From an uncultured Sneathiellales bacterium (lineage in GTDB: Bacteria; Pseudomonadota; Alphaproteobacteria; CAYFNG01), in NCBI GenBank assembly GCA_964344385.1, contig CAYFNG010000004.1, positions 73,528 to 137,527 on the forward strand: a stretch of DNA of 64,000 bases, in the 5' to 3' direction. Positions 1-8,145 of this stretch are shown one piece after another; position 1 is the first letter of the stretch; every line of letters begins with the position of its first letter. Below the pieces are notes generated by a model that saw nothing but the letters and a program-made list of their open reading frames with translations, did not search any database and had not been told where the DNA came from. The position numbers and the translations under genes are program-made.

Positions 1-576
1 ACTCGCCGCGCGGTGAGCCAGGATGTGGGGCACAAGTTGATCGATCTGATCACCTGGTGGGAAGATTACACGGCGAAAAACCAGGGGGAAATGAACGCCA
101 ACCCGTCACCGGGCAACAAGGCGGGGGGCCTGACCACCATCCTGGAGAAGTCCCTGGGCGCCGCCGCCAAGGGCGGCACCACGGACTTGGTCGAGGTCTA
201 CCGCTATGCCGAACCGGTCACCGCCAAGGGCTTCGTCTTCATGGACACGCCGGGCTACGACCCGGCCTCGATCACCGGCATGGTGGCGGGCGGCGCCAAT
301 ATTGTCTGTTTCACCACCGGACGCGGCTCGGTGTTCGGCTGCAAACCGGTGCCGTCTCTGAAGCTGGCGACCAATACGGCGATGTACCGGCGCATGGCGG
401 AGGATATGGACATCAATTGCGGCCCGGTGGTCGATGGCGAGACCGACATCGAGGCGAAAGGCGCCGAGATTTTCGAGACCATCCTGGCCACTGCGAGCGG
501 CGCGCCCAGCAAGTCGGAGTCCTTAGGGATCGGCGACCTGGAGTTTCTGCCCTGGCAGATCGGCGCGGTAATGTAG
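1..576 (+). CDS. UxaA-family (altronate/galactarate dehydratase-like) hydrolase, C-terminal fragment; N-terminus lies upstream of the window
   Basis: Frame 1 is open from nt 1. The C-terminal tail (...GIGDLEFLPWQIGAVM) and GCKPVPSLKLATN region resemble the UxaA/GarD C-terminal domain. The first ATG at 13 is internal. Confidence 0.55.
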   Translation, partial: TRRAVSQDVGHKLIDLITWWEDYTAKNQGEMNANPSPGNKAGGLTTILEKSLGAAAKGGTTDLVEVYRYAEPVTAKGFVFMDTPGYDPASITGMVAGGANIVCFTTGRGSVFGCKPVPSLKLATNTAMYRRMAEDMDINCGPVVDGETDIEAKGAEIFETILATASGAPSKSESLGIGDLEFLPWQIGAVM

Positions 577-591
577 GCGCCGGTCAGGCTC

Positions 592-1263
592 CTACGACTC
601 GGCCCACAGCCGCAGCAGATTGGCGTAGGTCTTGTAGGCGAGGTTGGTATCCCGCGACTGGGCGTCCTGGTCGGCCAGCGATCGGCGTACGGTGTCGACA
701 TCGTAGAGAATCTCGCGCTGGCGTGGGTCGCGGATCAGGCTCTGGATCCAGGTCACCGCGGCCAGCCTTACCCCCTTGGTCACCGGGGCCACGTGGTGCA
801 AATCGCCGGACGGATAAACCACCGCCGAACCAGCCGGCAGTTTGACCCGCAGCTCGCCGATCGACTGCTCGATGACCAGTTCGCCGCCTTCATATTCGTC
901 CGGGTCGCTGAGGAACACCGTTGTCGATACGTCGGTGCGCGTGCCGCCGTGGGGACCCATGATCGCATCGTCGACATGGGAGCCATAGGCCATGCCGGGT
1001 TCGTATTTGCTGATCAATGGGCGCTGAATCACCTTCGGCTGCGCCGCCTGGCGAAACTGGCGGTTGCCGCGCAGGGCCGCCACCACGCGGTCCTTGATCA
1101 CTTCCGCCTGTTCGTCGCCGCGTTTCATCTGCTGGTTGTTCTTGACCTGCTTGGCCCGGAAACCGGCCGTCGTCCGACCGTCGACAAATTCGCCTTCGTC
1201 AATGGCGTCGAGAATGCCCTTAAGCGTGGCTTGGTCCAGCACGTCCGGAATGCATACGATCAC
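592..1263 (-). CDS. PKHD-type Fe(II)/2-oxoglutarate-dependent hydroxylase (YbiX/PiuC-like)
   Basis: 223 aa with a GTG start. Carries HxD...H motifs and overall YbiX-like architecture (MIVCIPDVL..., HVDDAI, VVYPSGDLHHV). Confidence 0.7.
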   Translation of the reverse strand: MIVCIPDVLDQATLKGILDAIDEGEFVDGRTTAGFRAKQVKNNQQMKRGDEQAEVIKDRVVAALRGNRQFRQAAQPKVIQRPLISKYEPGMAYGSHVDDAIMGPHGGTRTDVSTTVFLSDPDEYEGGELVIEQSIGELRVKLPAGSAVVYPSGDLHHVAPVTKGVRLAAVTWIQSLIRDPRQREILYDVDTVRRSLADQDAQSRDTNLAYKTYANLLRLWAES

Positions 1264-1349
1264 CTGGCCGCCCCCCTGGTGAACAATAAATCAAAAAAGG
1301 CAAGGGCCGCCGGCGGCCCTGTTTGGCGGACCGCCGGCGAAGTCATTAC

Positions 1350-1718
1350 TTAGTTACCGCCGCGTTGGGAGTCGTCGTCGGAGGATTCACCGCCTTCATC
1401 GTCACTGGACTCACTTGCTTCACCGCGCTCGTCATCGCCGGATTCGCCGCCTTCGTCGTCACCGGATTCACCGCTCTCGCCGCCCTCGTCGTCTCCGGAC
1501 TCGCCGCCGTCGTCGCCGCCTTCGCCGCCGTCGTCGCCGCCTTCGCCGCCATCGTCGCCGCCATCGTCGCCGCCTTCATCGGCCATGGCAAAGGGGGTTG
1601 CGACCGTGGGTCCGTCGCCGGAAAGATCGAGGATCGCCGGCGACACTGCCAAGCTCACCCCAAGGATGCCGGTAGTCAGCATCAACTGTATTTTCTTCTT
1701 AGTCTGTTCGTCTTGCAT
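1350..1718 (-). CDS. secreted highly acidic low-complexity repeat protein (GGDDGGE / SGDDEGGE repeats), about 122 aa
   Basis: ATG at 1718 is preceded by GAAGGGA 7 nt upstream. N-terminus MQDEQTKKKIQLMLTTGILGVSLAVSPA looks like a signal peptide. It is co-directional with its neighbours. Alternate frames of the same repeat are also open on + (1323..1751), so the strand and frame call is uncertain. Confidence 0.45.
   Translation of the reverse strand: MQDEQTKKKIQLMLTTGILGVSLAVSPAILDLSGDGPTVATPFAMADEGGDDGGDDGGEGGDDGGEGGDDGGESGDDEGGESGESGDDEGGESGDDERGEASESSDDEGGESSDDDSQRGGN
1380..1580. repeat. imperfect tandem repeats of about 21 bp (gccgccttcgccgccgtcgtc and variants) inside the acidic-protein gene
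   Basis: Directly visible as repeated GCCGCC(T/A)TCG(C/T)CGCC units at 1440..1575. Confidence 0.7.
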
Positions 1719-1889
1719 CGAACGTCCCTTCGTATTTCTGTTGTTGAATAACGCCACTGACGGGTCGGCGAGGGGCGTCACCTGACTGCAACTGGCCTAC
1801 CCTTACAACTTCATAACAGTTGAGACTCGTTTTTATTCTCATCACAAAAACGTGAAGGGGAATAACGGCTAATTCCTGCCAAATTCTTT

Positions 1890-3389
1890 TTAGGCGCAGA
1901 TTCCGGGACGGCGATCTGCCCAGGGGCGGGCGCGTTCCAACTGCCCGGCTAAACGGAACAGAGTGGCTTCGTCGCCATAGCGACCGGCAAATTGGACGCC
2001 GATCGGCAGGTTCTCCTGGCTCCAATACAACGGGACCGACATGGCCGGCTGGCCGCTGACATTGTAGGCCGGGGTGAAGGGGATGAAGGCAAAGGCGCGG
2101 CCTGCCATCAGGTCGATCGCTCCCAATTTGCGCAGTAGGCGGCCCGACCCGAGGCTGGCGAAGACCGTGTTGGCGATGGCTTCCGCGCCCTTTGGTGCCA
2201 GCGCCCCATGCTCCACCGGCGGCAGGGCCAGGGTCGGCGACAGGACGACATCATAGTCGGCCATGAAGTCGTTGAGTTGCCGGGCGGCAAAGTTCATTTC
2301 CCGTTGTGCCTGGCCGAATTCGCCGGCGGTCGTGGCACGGCCGATCAGGCGGGCCAGCCAGGTCTCGATTTCCACGTCGTTCCGGGTCGGGGCGCGGCCC
2401 AGCCGGGTTTCCCAGACCCTGAGGTCGGCGTCCAATTCAGCCACTCCCATGATGACGAAGTTGCGGGCCAGTGCCTCGCCGTCCAGCCTGGCGTGATCCT
2501 CGATCAGTTCATGGCCCAGTTCGCGGCACAGCGCGACAGCGTCGTCCAGCGCTGCCAGGCAGTCGGGATGAACGTCGGCTTTGAGAAGCGGCTCAGCGCT
2601 ATAGGCGATGCGCAGTTTTCCGGGCTCGCGATCAACCTCGTCGCGATAGTTTCCACCCGGTGGCGGGGCGGCGAAGGGCCGGTCGACTTGGACGCCGTGA
2701 ACCGCATCCAGCAAGGCGGCAGAGTCCCGAACCGACCGGGTCAGCACATGTTCCTGCACCGCGCCGTGCCAGTAGCCGCTCAAATCCGGCGAGAACGGAT
2801 TGCGGCCACGGGTCGGCTTCAGGCCGAAAATGCCGTTGCAGGAGGCCGGGATCCGGATTGAACCGCCGCCGTCGCCGGCGCCGGCCATCGGCAGGATCCG
2901 GGCCGCCACCGCCGCCCCGGAACCGCCACTGGAGCCGCCGGTGGTCCGGTGGATCGGGTCCCAGGGATTGCGCGCCGGGCCGAACAGCTTGGGTTCGGTC
3001 ACCGGCAACAGGCCGAACTCCGGCGAGTTGGTTTTGCCGAACACGATCAGGCCGGCCGCCTTGATCCGTCTGACGAGTTCGGAATCCTCAGGCTGGATAA
3101 AGTCATTCAGGTACCTGGAACCGCAGGAGGTCGGGACACCCGCATAGTCCGCCAACAGGTCCTTCAACAGGAAGGGGACACCGGCGAAGGGGCCCTGGCG
3201 ATCATGGTCCTTTGCGGTTTCTCGGGCGGTCTCGTACATGGGCCGGACGATGGCGTTGATGTCGCCATTGACCTTTTCCGCCCGTGCGATGGCTTCTTCG
3301 ACCAATTCAACCGGCGAAACCTGCCCATCGCGCACCAGCTCCGCCAAACCCACTGCATCATATTGGTCGTACTCGGCAAAACCCGCCAC
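1890..3389 (-). CDS. amidase (amidase-signature family)
   Basis: GGSSGGSGAAVAA signature and the KDL..GxPT..GS catalytic region. Probable GTG start at 3389 (VAGFAEYDQYD...) behind AGGGAGAGG, although the ORF is open to 3458. Confidence 0.8.
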   Translation of the reverse strand: MAGFAEYDQYDAVGLAELVRDGQVSPVELVEEAIARAEKVNGDINAIVRPMYETARETAKDHDRQGPFAGVPFLLKDLLADYAGVPTSCGSRYLNDFIQPEDSELVRRIKAAGLIVFGKTNSPEFGLLPVTEPKLFGPARNPWDPIHRTTGGSSGGSGAAVAARILPMAGAGDGGGSIRIPASCNGIFGLKPTRGRNPFSPDLSGYWHGAVQEHVLTRSVRDSAALLDAVHGVQVDRPFAAPPPGGNYRDEVDREPGKLRIAYSAEPLLKADVHPDCLAALDDAVALCRELGHELIEDHARLDGEALARNFVIMGVAELDADLRVWETRLGRAPTRNDVEIETWLARLIGRATTAGEFGQAQREMNFAARQLNDFMADYDVVLSPTLALPPVEHGALAPKGAEAIANTVFASLGSGRLLRKLGAIDLMAGRAFAFIPFTPAYNVSGQPAMSVPLYWSQENLPIGVQFAGRYGDEATLFRLAGQLERARPWADRRPGICA

Positions 3390-3539
3390 ATCACCTCTCC
3401 CTTGCCTGAAACTCACACACCGCCTAGTTTGGGCCCCTGGCCCAGGCCGATAGTACAAGGGAACCTGCGGCTGCCAACAGCCTTTCGTGAACCTCGCCAG
3501 TTGCGGTATGGTTTGGCGTCACGCGGTGAAGGGGATGCG

Positions 3540-3701
3540 ATGGCCGAGCCTTCATTTTCTTTCGGACTCCGTCTGCTGATCGCCATTGGCTGGATCGCCG
3601 GCCTGGCGGCGGGTGTCATCGTGGCCTTCGCCATCGCATCGACCTGGCGGCCGGAAATTGGTCAGGGGCTTTGGCAAGCCGTGGAGGCGTTCCTTTCCTG
3701 A
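3540..3701 (+). CDS. small hypothetical membrane protein (53 aa)
   Basis: ATG preceded by GAAGGGGA; one hydrophobic helix (LLIAIGWIAGLAAGVIVAFAIA). Confidence 0.3.
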   Translation: MAEPSFSFGLRLLIAIGWIAGLAAGVIVAFAIASTWRPEIGQGLWQAVEAFLS

Positions 3702-3817
3702 TCCCTTTGATTGATAAAATTATATTAAAAATCAAAGTGTTATTAAACGTTTCTTATGTTCCTTCGGGTAAGCTGGCAGCTTGAATTGACCAACCAATCC
3801 CTTTTGAGAGGTCGACC

Positions 3818-4024
3818 ATGGCTATTGACGCCGTCGGATCGCTGGCTTCGGCGCAGCAGATCGCAACCAAGTCCGCCGAAGATGCCGCTGCCCTGCCACT
3901 GGTGGCCCAGGCGGCCGATCAGGCCAGACAGGTCCGCCCGGCCGACGAAGACCGGCCGCCTGAGGAAGAGCCGCGCTCCGACCCCGGTCCCGATGCCGGG
4001 GAGCATGTCGACGTCGACGCCTAA
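3818..4024 (+). CDS. hypothetical small acidic protein (68 aa)
   Basis: ATG behind GAGAGG; lies downstream of an AT-rich palindromic region in an otherwise GC-rich context. Confidence 0.4.
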   Translation: MAIDAVGSLASAQQIATKSAEDAAALPLVAQAADQARQVRPADEDRPPEEEPRSDPGPDAGEHVDVDA

Positions 4025-4042
4025 ATCTCCCAGGGCTTAAAC

Positions 4043-5509
4043 CTAGGCCACGGCGCGACCTCGCAGGCTGTCTGCGAGGCGCAGAGCCTGTCCCGGGCGG
4101 ATCCCGGTCGCCCGGCCGTCCTGCCAGACCGCCTGTCCGTTGACCATCACCAAGACGATTCCGGCCGCGGCCTGGGTCGGTTCTTCGAATGTCGCGGTGT
4201 CGCCGATCGCGGCCGGGTCGAACAGCACCAGATCGGCATAGAAACCGGGCCGCAGCAGGCCCCGGTCCCTGAGCCCGAACTGCTCGGCCGGTAGGCCGGT
4301 CATCTTGCGCACCGCGTGCTCCAACGGCAGCAGCCCGATATCGCGGGCGTAGTGGCCCAGCACCCGCGGAAAGGTGCCCCACAGCCTGGGATGGGGGTGG
4401 TTGTCATGGGGAATGCCGTCCGATCCGATCATGCTGCCGGGGAAGCTGATCACCCGCTGAACGTCGTCCTCGTCCATCGCGAAATAGATCGCGCCGGCCG
4501 GTTGCAGCCGGTCCATCGCCGTCTCCAGGTCGACATTCCACTCCTCGACGATCGCCGCCAGTTCGCGGCCGTTGCATTCGGGATGCGGTGTCGACCAGGT
4601 AATCAGGACCTTGCTGGCCCGGGCCACCATGTGGGCCAGCAGAACCGTCGATCCGGCAACATAGGGATAGACGTCCAGGGTCACCCGCTGCTCACCCTGC
4701 AGGCGGGTCACCAGGGCCAGGCTGTCGGCAGTCTTGCCGAAATTGCTCTTGCCGGTGGCCTTGTGGTGCGACAGCACCAGTTGGATATCGGCATGCCTGG
4801 CGATCGCCGCCGCCTCTTCCATGGCCTCCAGCAAATGATCGGCCTCGTCGCGGATATGGGCGGTATAGATGCCGTCGGCGTCGGTCAATTCCTCGGCCAC
4901 CGCCATCAGTTCCTCGGTCGGCGCAGCGGTGGCTGGCGGATAGAACAATCCGCTGGACAGGCCGAAGGCCCCGGCCGTCAGGCAGTCCTTCAACAGGGCC
5001 CGCATGGCGGTGATTTCCGCATCCGTGGCGGGCCGGTCGAGGCGGTCCATGGTGCAGGCCCTGAGGGTCGAATGGCCGACCAGGGTGACGCTGTTGGCCG
5101 CCGCCGGTGCCGCGTCCAGGGCGGCGAAATAGTCGGCCATGCTGGCGTAGCGTTGGCCGTCGGCGTCGAAGACCAGGTCCAGGGGCGGTATCAGATTGTC
5201 GGACGATGCCGGGGCGGGGGCGTAAGAGACCCCGCAATTGCCGACCACCACCGTGGTCACGCCCTGGCTGGTCTTGGCCGTGACGCTGGGGTCCTCCAAC
5301 AGGTAGCGGTCGTCATGGGTGTGGACGTCGATGAAGCCCGGCGCCACGGCCAGGCCGGAACCATCGATCTCGGTATGGGCCGCAACCCCGTCCAAGTCGC
5401 CGACGGCGCTGATCCGTTCGCCTGTAACCGCGACATCGCCGCTGGTTGCTGCTTCGCCGCTCCCGTCCAGCAGCAGGACATTGCGGATGATCAGATCGGC
5501 CTTTGCCAT
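4043..5509 (-). CDS. N-acyl-D-amino-acid deacylase (D-aminoacylase) family amidohydrolase
   Basis: N-terminal MAKADLIIRNVLLLDGSG...PGFIDVHTHDD metal-binding motif and a length of 488 aa, typical of the D-aminoacylase family. Confidence 0.75.
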   Translation of the reverse strand: MAKADLIIRNVLLLDGSGEAATSGDVAVTGERISAVGDLDGVAAHTEIDGSGLAVAPGFIDVHTHDDRYLLEDPSVTAKTSQGVTTVVVGNCGVSYAPAPASSDNLIPPLDLVFDADGQRYASMADYFAALDAAPAAANSVTLVGHSTLRACTMDRLDRPATDAEITAMRALLKDCLTAGAFGLSSGLFYPPATAAPTEELMAVAEELTDADGIYTAHIRDEADHLLEAMEEAAAIARHADIQLVLSHHKATGKSNFGKTADSLALVTRLQGEQRVTLDVYPYVAGSTVLLAHMVARASKVLITWSTPHPECNGRELAAIVEEWNVDLETAMDRLQPAGAIYFAMDEDDVQRVISFPGSMIGSDGIPHDNHPHPRLWGTFPRVLGHYARDIGLLPLEHAVRKMTGLPAEQFGLRDRGLLRPGFYADLVLFDPAAIGDTATFEEPTQAAAGIVLVMVNGQAVWQDGRATGIRPGQALRLADSLRGRAVA

Positions 5510-5524
5510 GGGTGCCTCCGGCGG

Positions 5525-6283
5525 TTAGATGCAGCGGCCGCCGTCGACCTCAAGGCAGACGCCGGTGATGAAATTGGCTTCGTCGGAGGCCAGGTAGAGC
5601 GCCGCATTGGCTATATCCAACGGCGTGCTGAGCCGTCCCAACGGCACAGAGTCCATGAACATCTTGTGCTTTTCCTCGGTGTATTCGCCACCCATGAACT
5701 CGACCAGCATGCCGGTCGGCGAGGCCACCGGGCAGATCGCATTGACCCGAATATTCTCGGGCGCCAGTTCCACCGCCATCGACTTTGTCATTGTCGTCAC
5801 CGCGCCCTTGCTGGCGTTGTACCAGGTCAGGCCGGGGCGGGGCCGCAGGGCCGCGGTCGAGGCGGTGTTGACGAAGACCCCGCCGCCACGGGCCCGGAAG
5901 GCCGGCACCCCGTGCACAGCCGCCAGGTAGACGCTCTTGACGTTGACTTCGAAAATCCGGTCGAAGGTCGCCTCGTCGACCCCCAGCATCGGCCCGTTGC
6001 GTTGCGGTACGCCGGCATTGTTGACGATGATGTCCAGACCACCATGGGCGTCGACCGCCGCCGCGACCAGATCGCGAACCTGGTCCGACTTCACGACATC
6101 GGCGTGGTGATAGTCGGCCTTGCCGCCGGCCGCGCGGATTCCGGCAACCACCGCTTCGCCGGTTGCGTCGTCGATATCGCTGACCACCACTGTCGCGCCC
6201 TCGTCTGCGAAACGCCGGGCAATGCCTTCGCCGAACCCGGCGGCCGCACCGGTGACGATGGCGACCTTGTTTTCCAGCCGCAT
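5525..6283 (-). CDS. SDR-family oxidoreductase
   Basis: TGAAAGFG Rossmann motif, NNAG, and a YxxxK-type active-site region. Confidence 0.85.
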   Translation of the reverse strand: MRLENKVAIVTGAAAGFGEGIARRFADEGATVVVSDIDDATGEAVVAGIRAAGGKADYHHADVVKSDQVRDLVAAAVDAHGGLDIIVNNAGVPQRNGPMLGVDEATFDRIFEVNVKSVYLAAVHGVPAFRARGGGVFVNTASTAALRPRPGLTWYNASKGAVTTMTKSMAVELAPENIRVNAICPVASPTGMLVEFMGGEYTEEKHKMFMDSVPLGRLSTPLDIANAALYLASDEANFITGVCLEVDGGRCI

Positions 6284-6442
6284 GCTTCTGCCTCCCTGAT
6301 ACCGTTAACCGTGGGGCGCAAGTTTAGTCCATGCCATCAGCCAGGGCGAGAGCGGGCGGATCGAAAAGTAAAGTTCACTGGGCATGGGGTGCGACTGCCT
6401 GCTAAACTGCGCCGATTGTATCGCGTGAAGGAGAGGCCACGC

Positions 6443-7312
6443 GTGTTTTCCGGGTTCAAGACCGAGCGTATTCCGGTCGACGGGGTCAATATCAACGTGC
6501 GAGTCGGTGGCCGTGGGCGACCGCTGTTGCTGCTGCACGGCTATCCCCAGACCCATGTCATGTGGCATCGGGTGGCGCCGCGCCTGGCCGAGGACTTCAC
6601 CGTCGTGGCGGCGGATCTGCGCGGTTATGGCGACAGCGGCAAGCCGGCCAGCGATCCCGATCACGCGGCCTATAGCAAGCGGGCCAGCGCCGCCGACCAG
6701 GTGGCGATGATGCGGGAGTTGGGGTTCGAACGGTTCGCGGTGGCCGGCCATGACCGGGGAGGGCGCGTCGCGCACCGCATGGCCCTGGACCATCCGGAAC
6801 GCATCGACAGGCTTGCGGTGCTTGACATCGCGCCGACCCACAAGGTCTTCGCCGCTGCCGACCGGCGGCTGGCAACCCTGTATTACCACTGGTTCTTTCT
6901 GATTCAGCCCAATGGCCTGCCGGAGCGGCTGATCGGTAACGACCCAGAGTTTTATATCCGGCACAAAATGGGCGGCGGCCTGGGTGATCCGGAAGCATTT
7001 GCGCCCGAGGCGATGGCCGAGTATATCCGCTGCTTCAGCGATCCAGCGACGATCCACGCCAGTTGCGAGGACTACCGGGCGGCGGCGAGCATCGACCTCG
7101 AACATGACGAGGCGGACCTCGACCGGCGCCTGAACTGCCCACTGCTTGTGCTGTGGGGAGCCAAGGGCGTGGTGGCACAGCTTTACGACGTGCTGGACGT
7201 GTGGCGGGAACGGGCGGCGGATGTGCGCGGCGAGGCATTGGACTGTGGCCATTACCTGGCCGAGGAGGCCCCGGCCGAAACCTATGCCGCCTTGCGGGAC
7301 TTTTTTGTGTAA
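6443..7312 (+). CDS. alpha/beta hydrolase of the haloacetate (fluoroacetate) dehalogenase / epoxide hydrolase type
   Basis: HGYPQTHVMWHRV and AGHDRGGRV (Asp nucleophile) motifs. GTG start at 6443 behind GGAGAGG; only the 3' part of the long ORF 4316..7312 is real. Confidence 0.7.
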   Translation: MFSGFKTERIPVDGVNINVRVGGRGRPLLLLHGYPQTHVMWHRVAPRLAEDFTVVAADLRGYGDSGKPASDPDHAAYSKRASAADQVAMMRELGFERFAVAGHDRGGRVAHRMALDHPERIDRLAVLDIAPTHKVFAAADRRLATLYYHWFFLIQPNGLPERLIGNDPEFYIRHKMGGGLGDPEAFAPEAMAEYIRCFSDPATIHASCEDYRAAASIDLEHDEADLDRRLNCPLLVLWGAKGVVAQLYDVLDVWRERAADVRGEALDCGHYLAEEAPAETYAALRDFFV

Positions 7313-7354
7313 TTCGGCACAACGCCGAACGCGTAATCGGGGAGACAGAGGCGT

Positions 7355-8140
7355 ATGAATACCAAGGACGGCAATAGCGGCGACGGAACCGAAGACGGTT
7401 CTCCCCTGTTGGTGAGCCCGCCGCGCAAAGCCTCGCCCCTGGTGCGGCTGCGCAACTACTTCCTGGCCGGGATCGTGGTGGTGGCGCCGATCGGCATCAC
7501 CGTCTACCTGGCTGTCACCTTTGTCGAATTCGTCGATGAACGGGTGATTCCGCTGATTCCGGCCCGCTACAATCCGGAAACCTATCTGCCGTTCAGTATT
7601 CCCGGCCTCGGCATTCTGGTCTCGGCCATCGTCCTGATCATGATCGGCTTCCTGGCCGCCAACTTCCTTGGCCGACAGTTGGTGTCGCTGGGTGAGCGGT
7701 TCGTCGACCGGATGCCGGTGATCCGCAGCGTTTACGGGGCGTTGAAACAGATCATCGAAACCGTCCTCAGCCAGTCTTCGACCTCGTTCCGCCAGGTGGT
7801 GTTGATCGAATATCCCCGAAAGAACGTCTGGGCCATCGCCTTCGTGACCAGCGACGCCAAGGGCGAAGTGCTGCGCAAGGTCCGGAATGATTTGGTTGCT
7901 GTCTTCGTGCCGACCACCCCCAACCCGACCTCCGGCTTTATCCTGTTTCTGCCGCGCGAGGACCTGATCCTGCTCGACATGACCATCGAGGAAGGCATGA
8001 AACTGGTGATTTCGGCCGGTTTGGTGGCACCGCCCGACCGCGGCGCGCCGGACTATGTGCCGCCAAGCAATGGCAACCGGAAGGGAAACGGGAAACAGAA
8101 TGGCAAGGGGCAGGAGCCGGCGAAGGCAAAGGATTCCTAG
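7355..8140 (+). CDS. DUF502-family membrane protein
   Basis: LRNYFLAGIVVVAPIGITVYL... resembles the DUF502 N-terminal TM region; the C-terminus is lysine/glycine-rich. Confidence 0.7.
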   Translation: MNTKDGNSGDGTEDGSPLLVSPPRKASPLVRLRNYFLAGIVVVAPIGITVYLAVTFVEFVDERVIPLIPARYNPETYLPFSIPGLGILVSAIVLIMIGFLAANFLGRQLVSLGERFVDRMPVIRSVYGALKQIIETVLSQSSTSFRQVVLIEYPRKNVWAIAFVTSDAKGEVLRKVRNDLVAVFVPTTPNPTSGFILFLPREDLILLDMTIEEGMKLVISAGLVAPPDRGAPDYVPPSNGNRKGNGKQNGKGQEPAKAKDS

Positions 8141-8145
8141 GCGGA

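Noticed and set aside
1415-1675. Arg-rich 86-aa ORF (RRRLRRRRR...)
   Set aside because: Third-frame reading of the GCC/GGC tandem DNA repeats; a low-complexity artefact of the repeat region.
4316-6442. 5' two-thirds of the 998-aa plus-strand ORF 4316..7312
   Set aside because: Antisense to the D-aminoacylase and SDR genes. Only the 3' part (from GTG 6443, behind an RBS) has alpha/beta-hydrolase motifs. Long antisense ORFs are expected at this GC.
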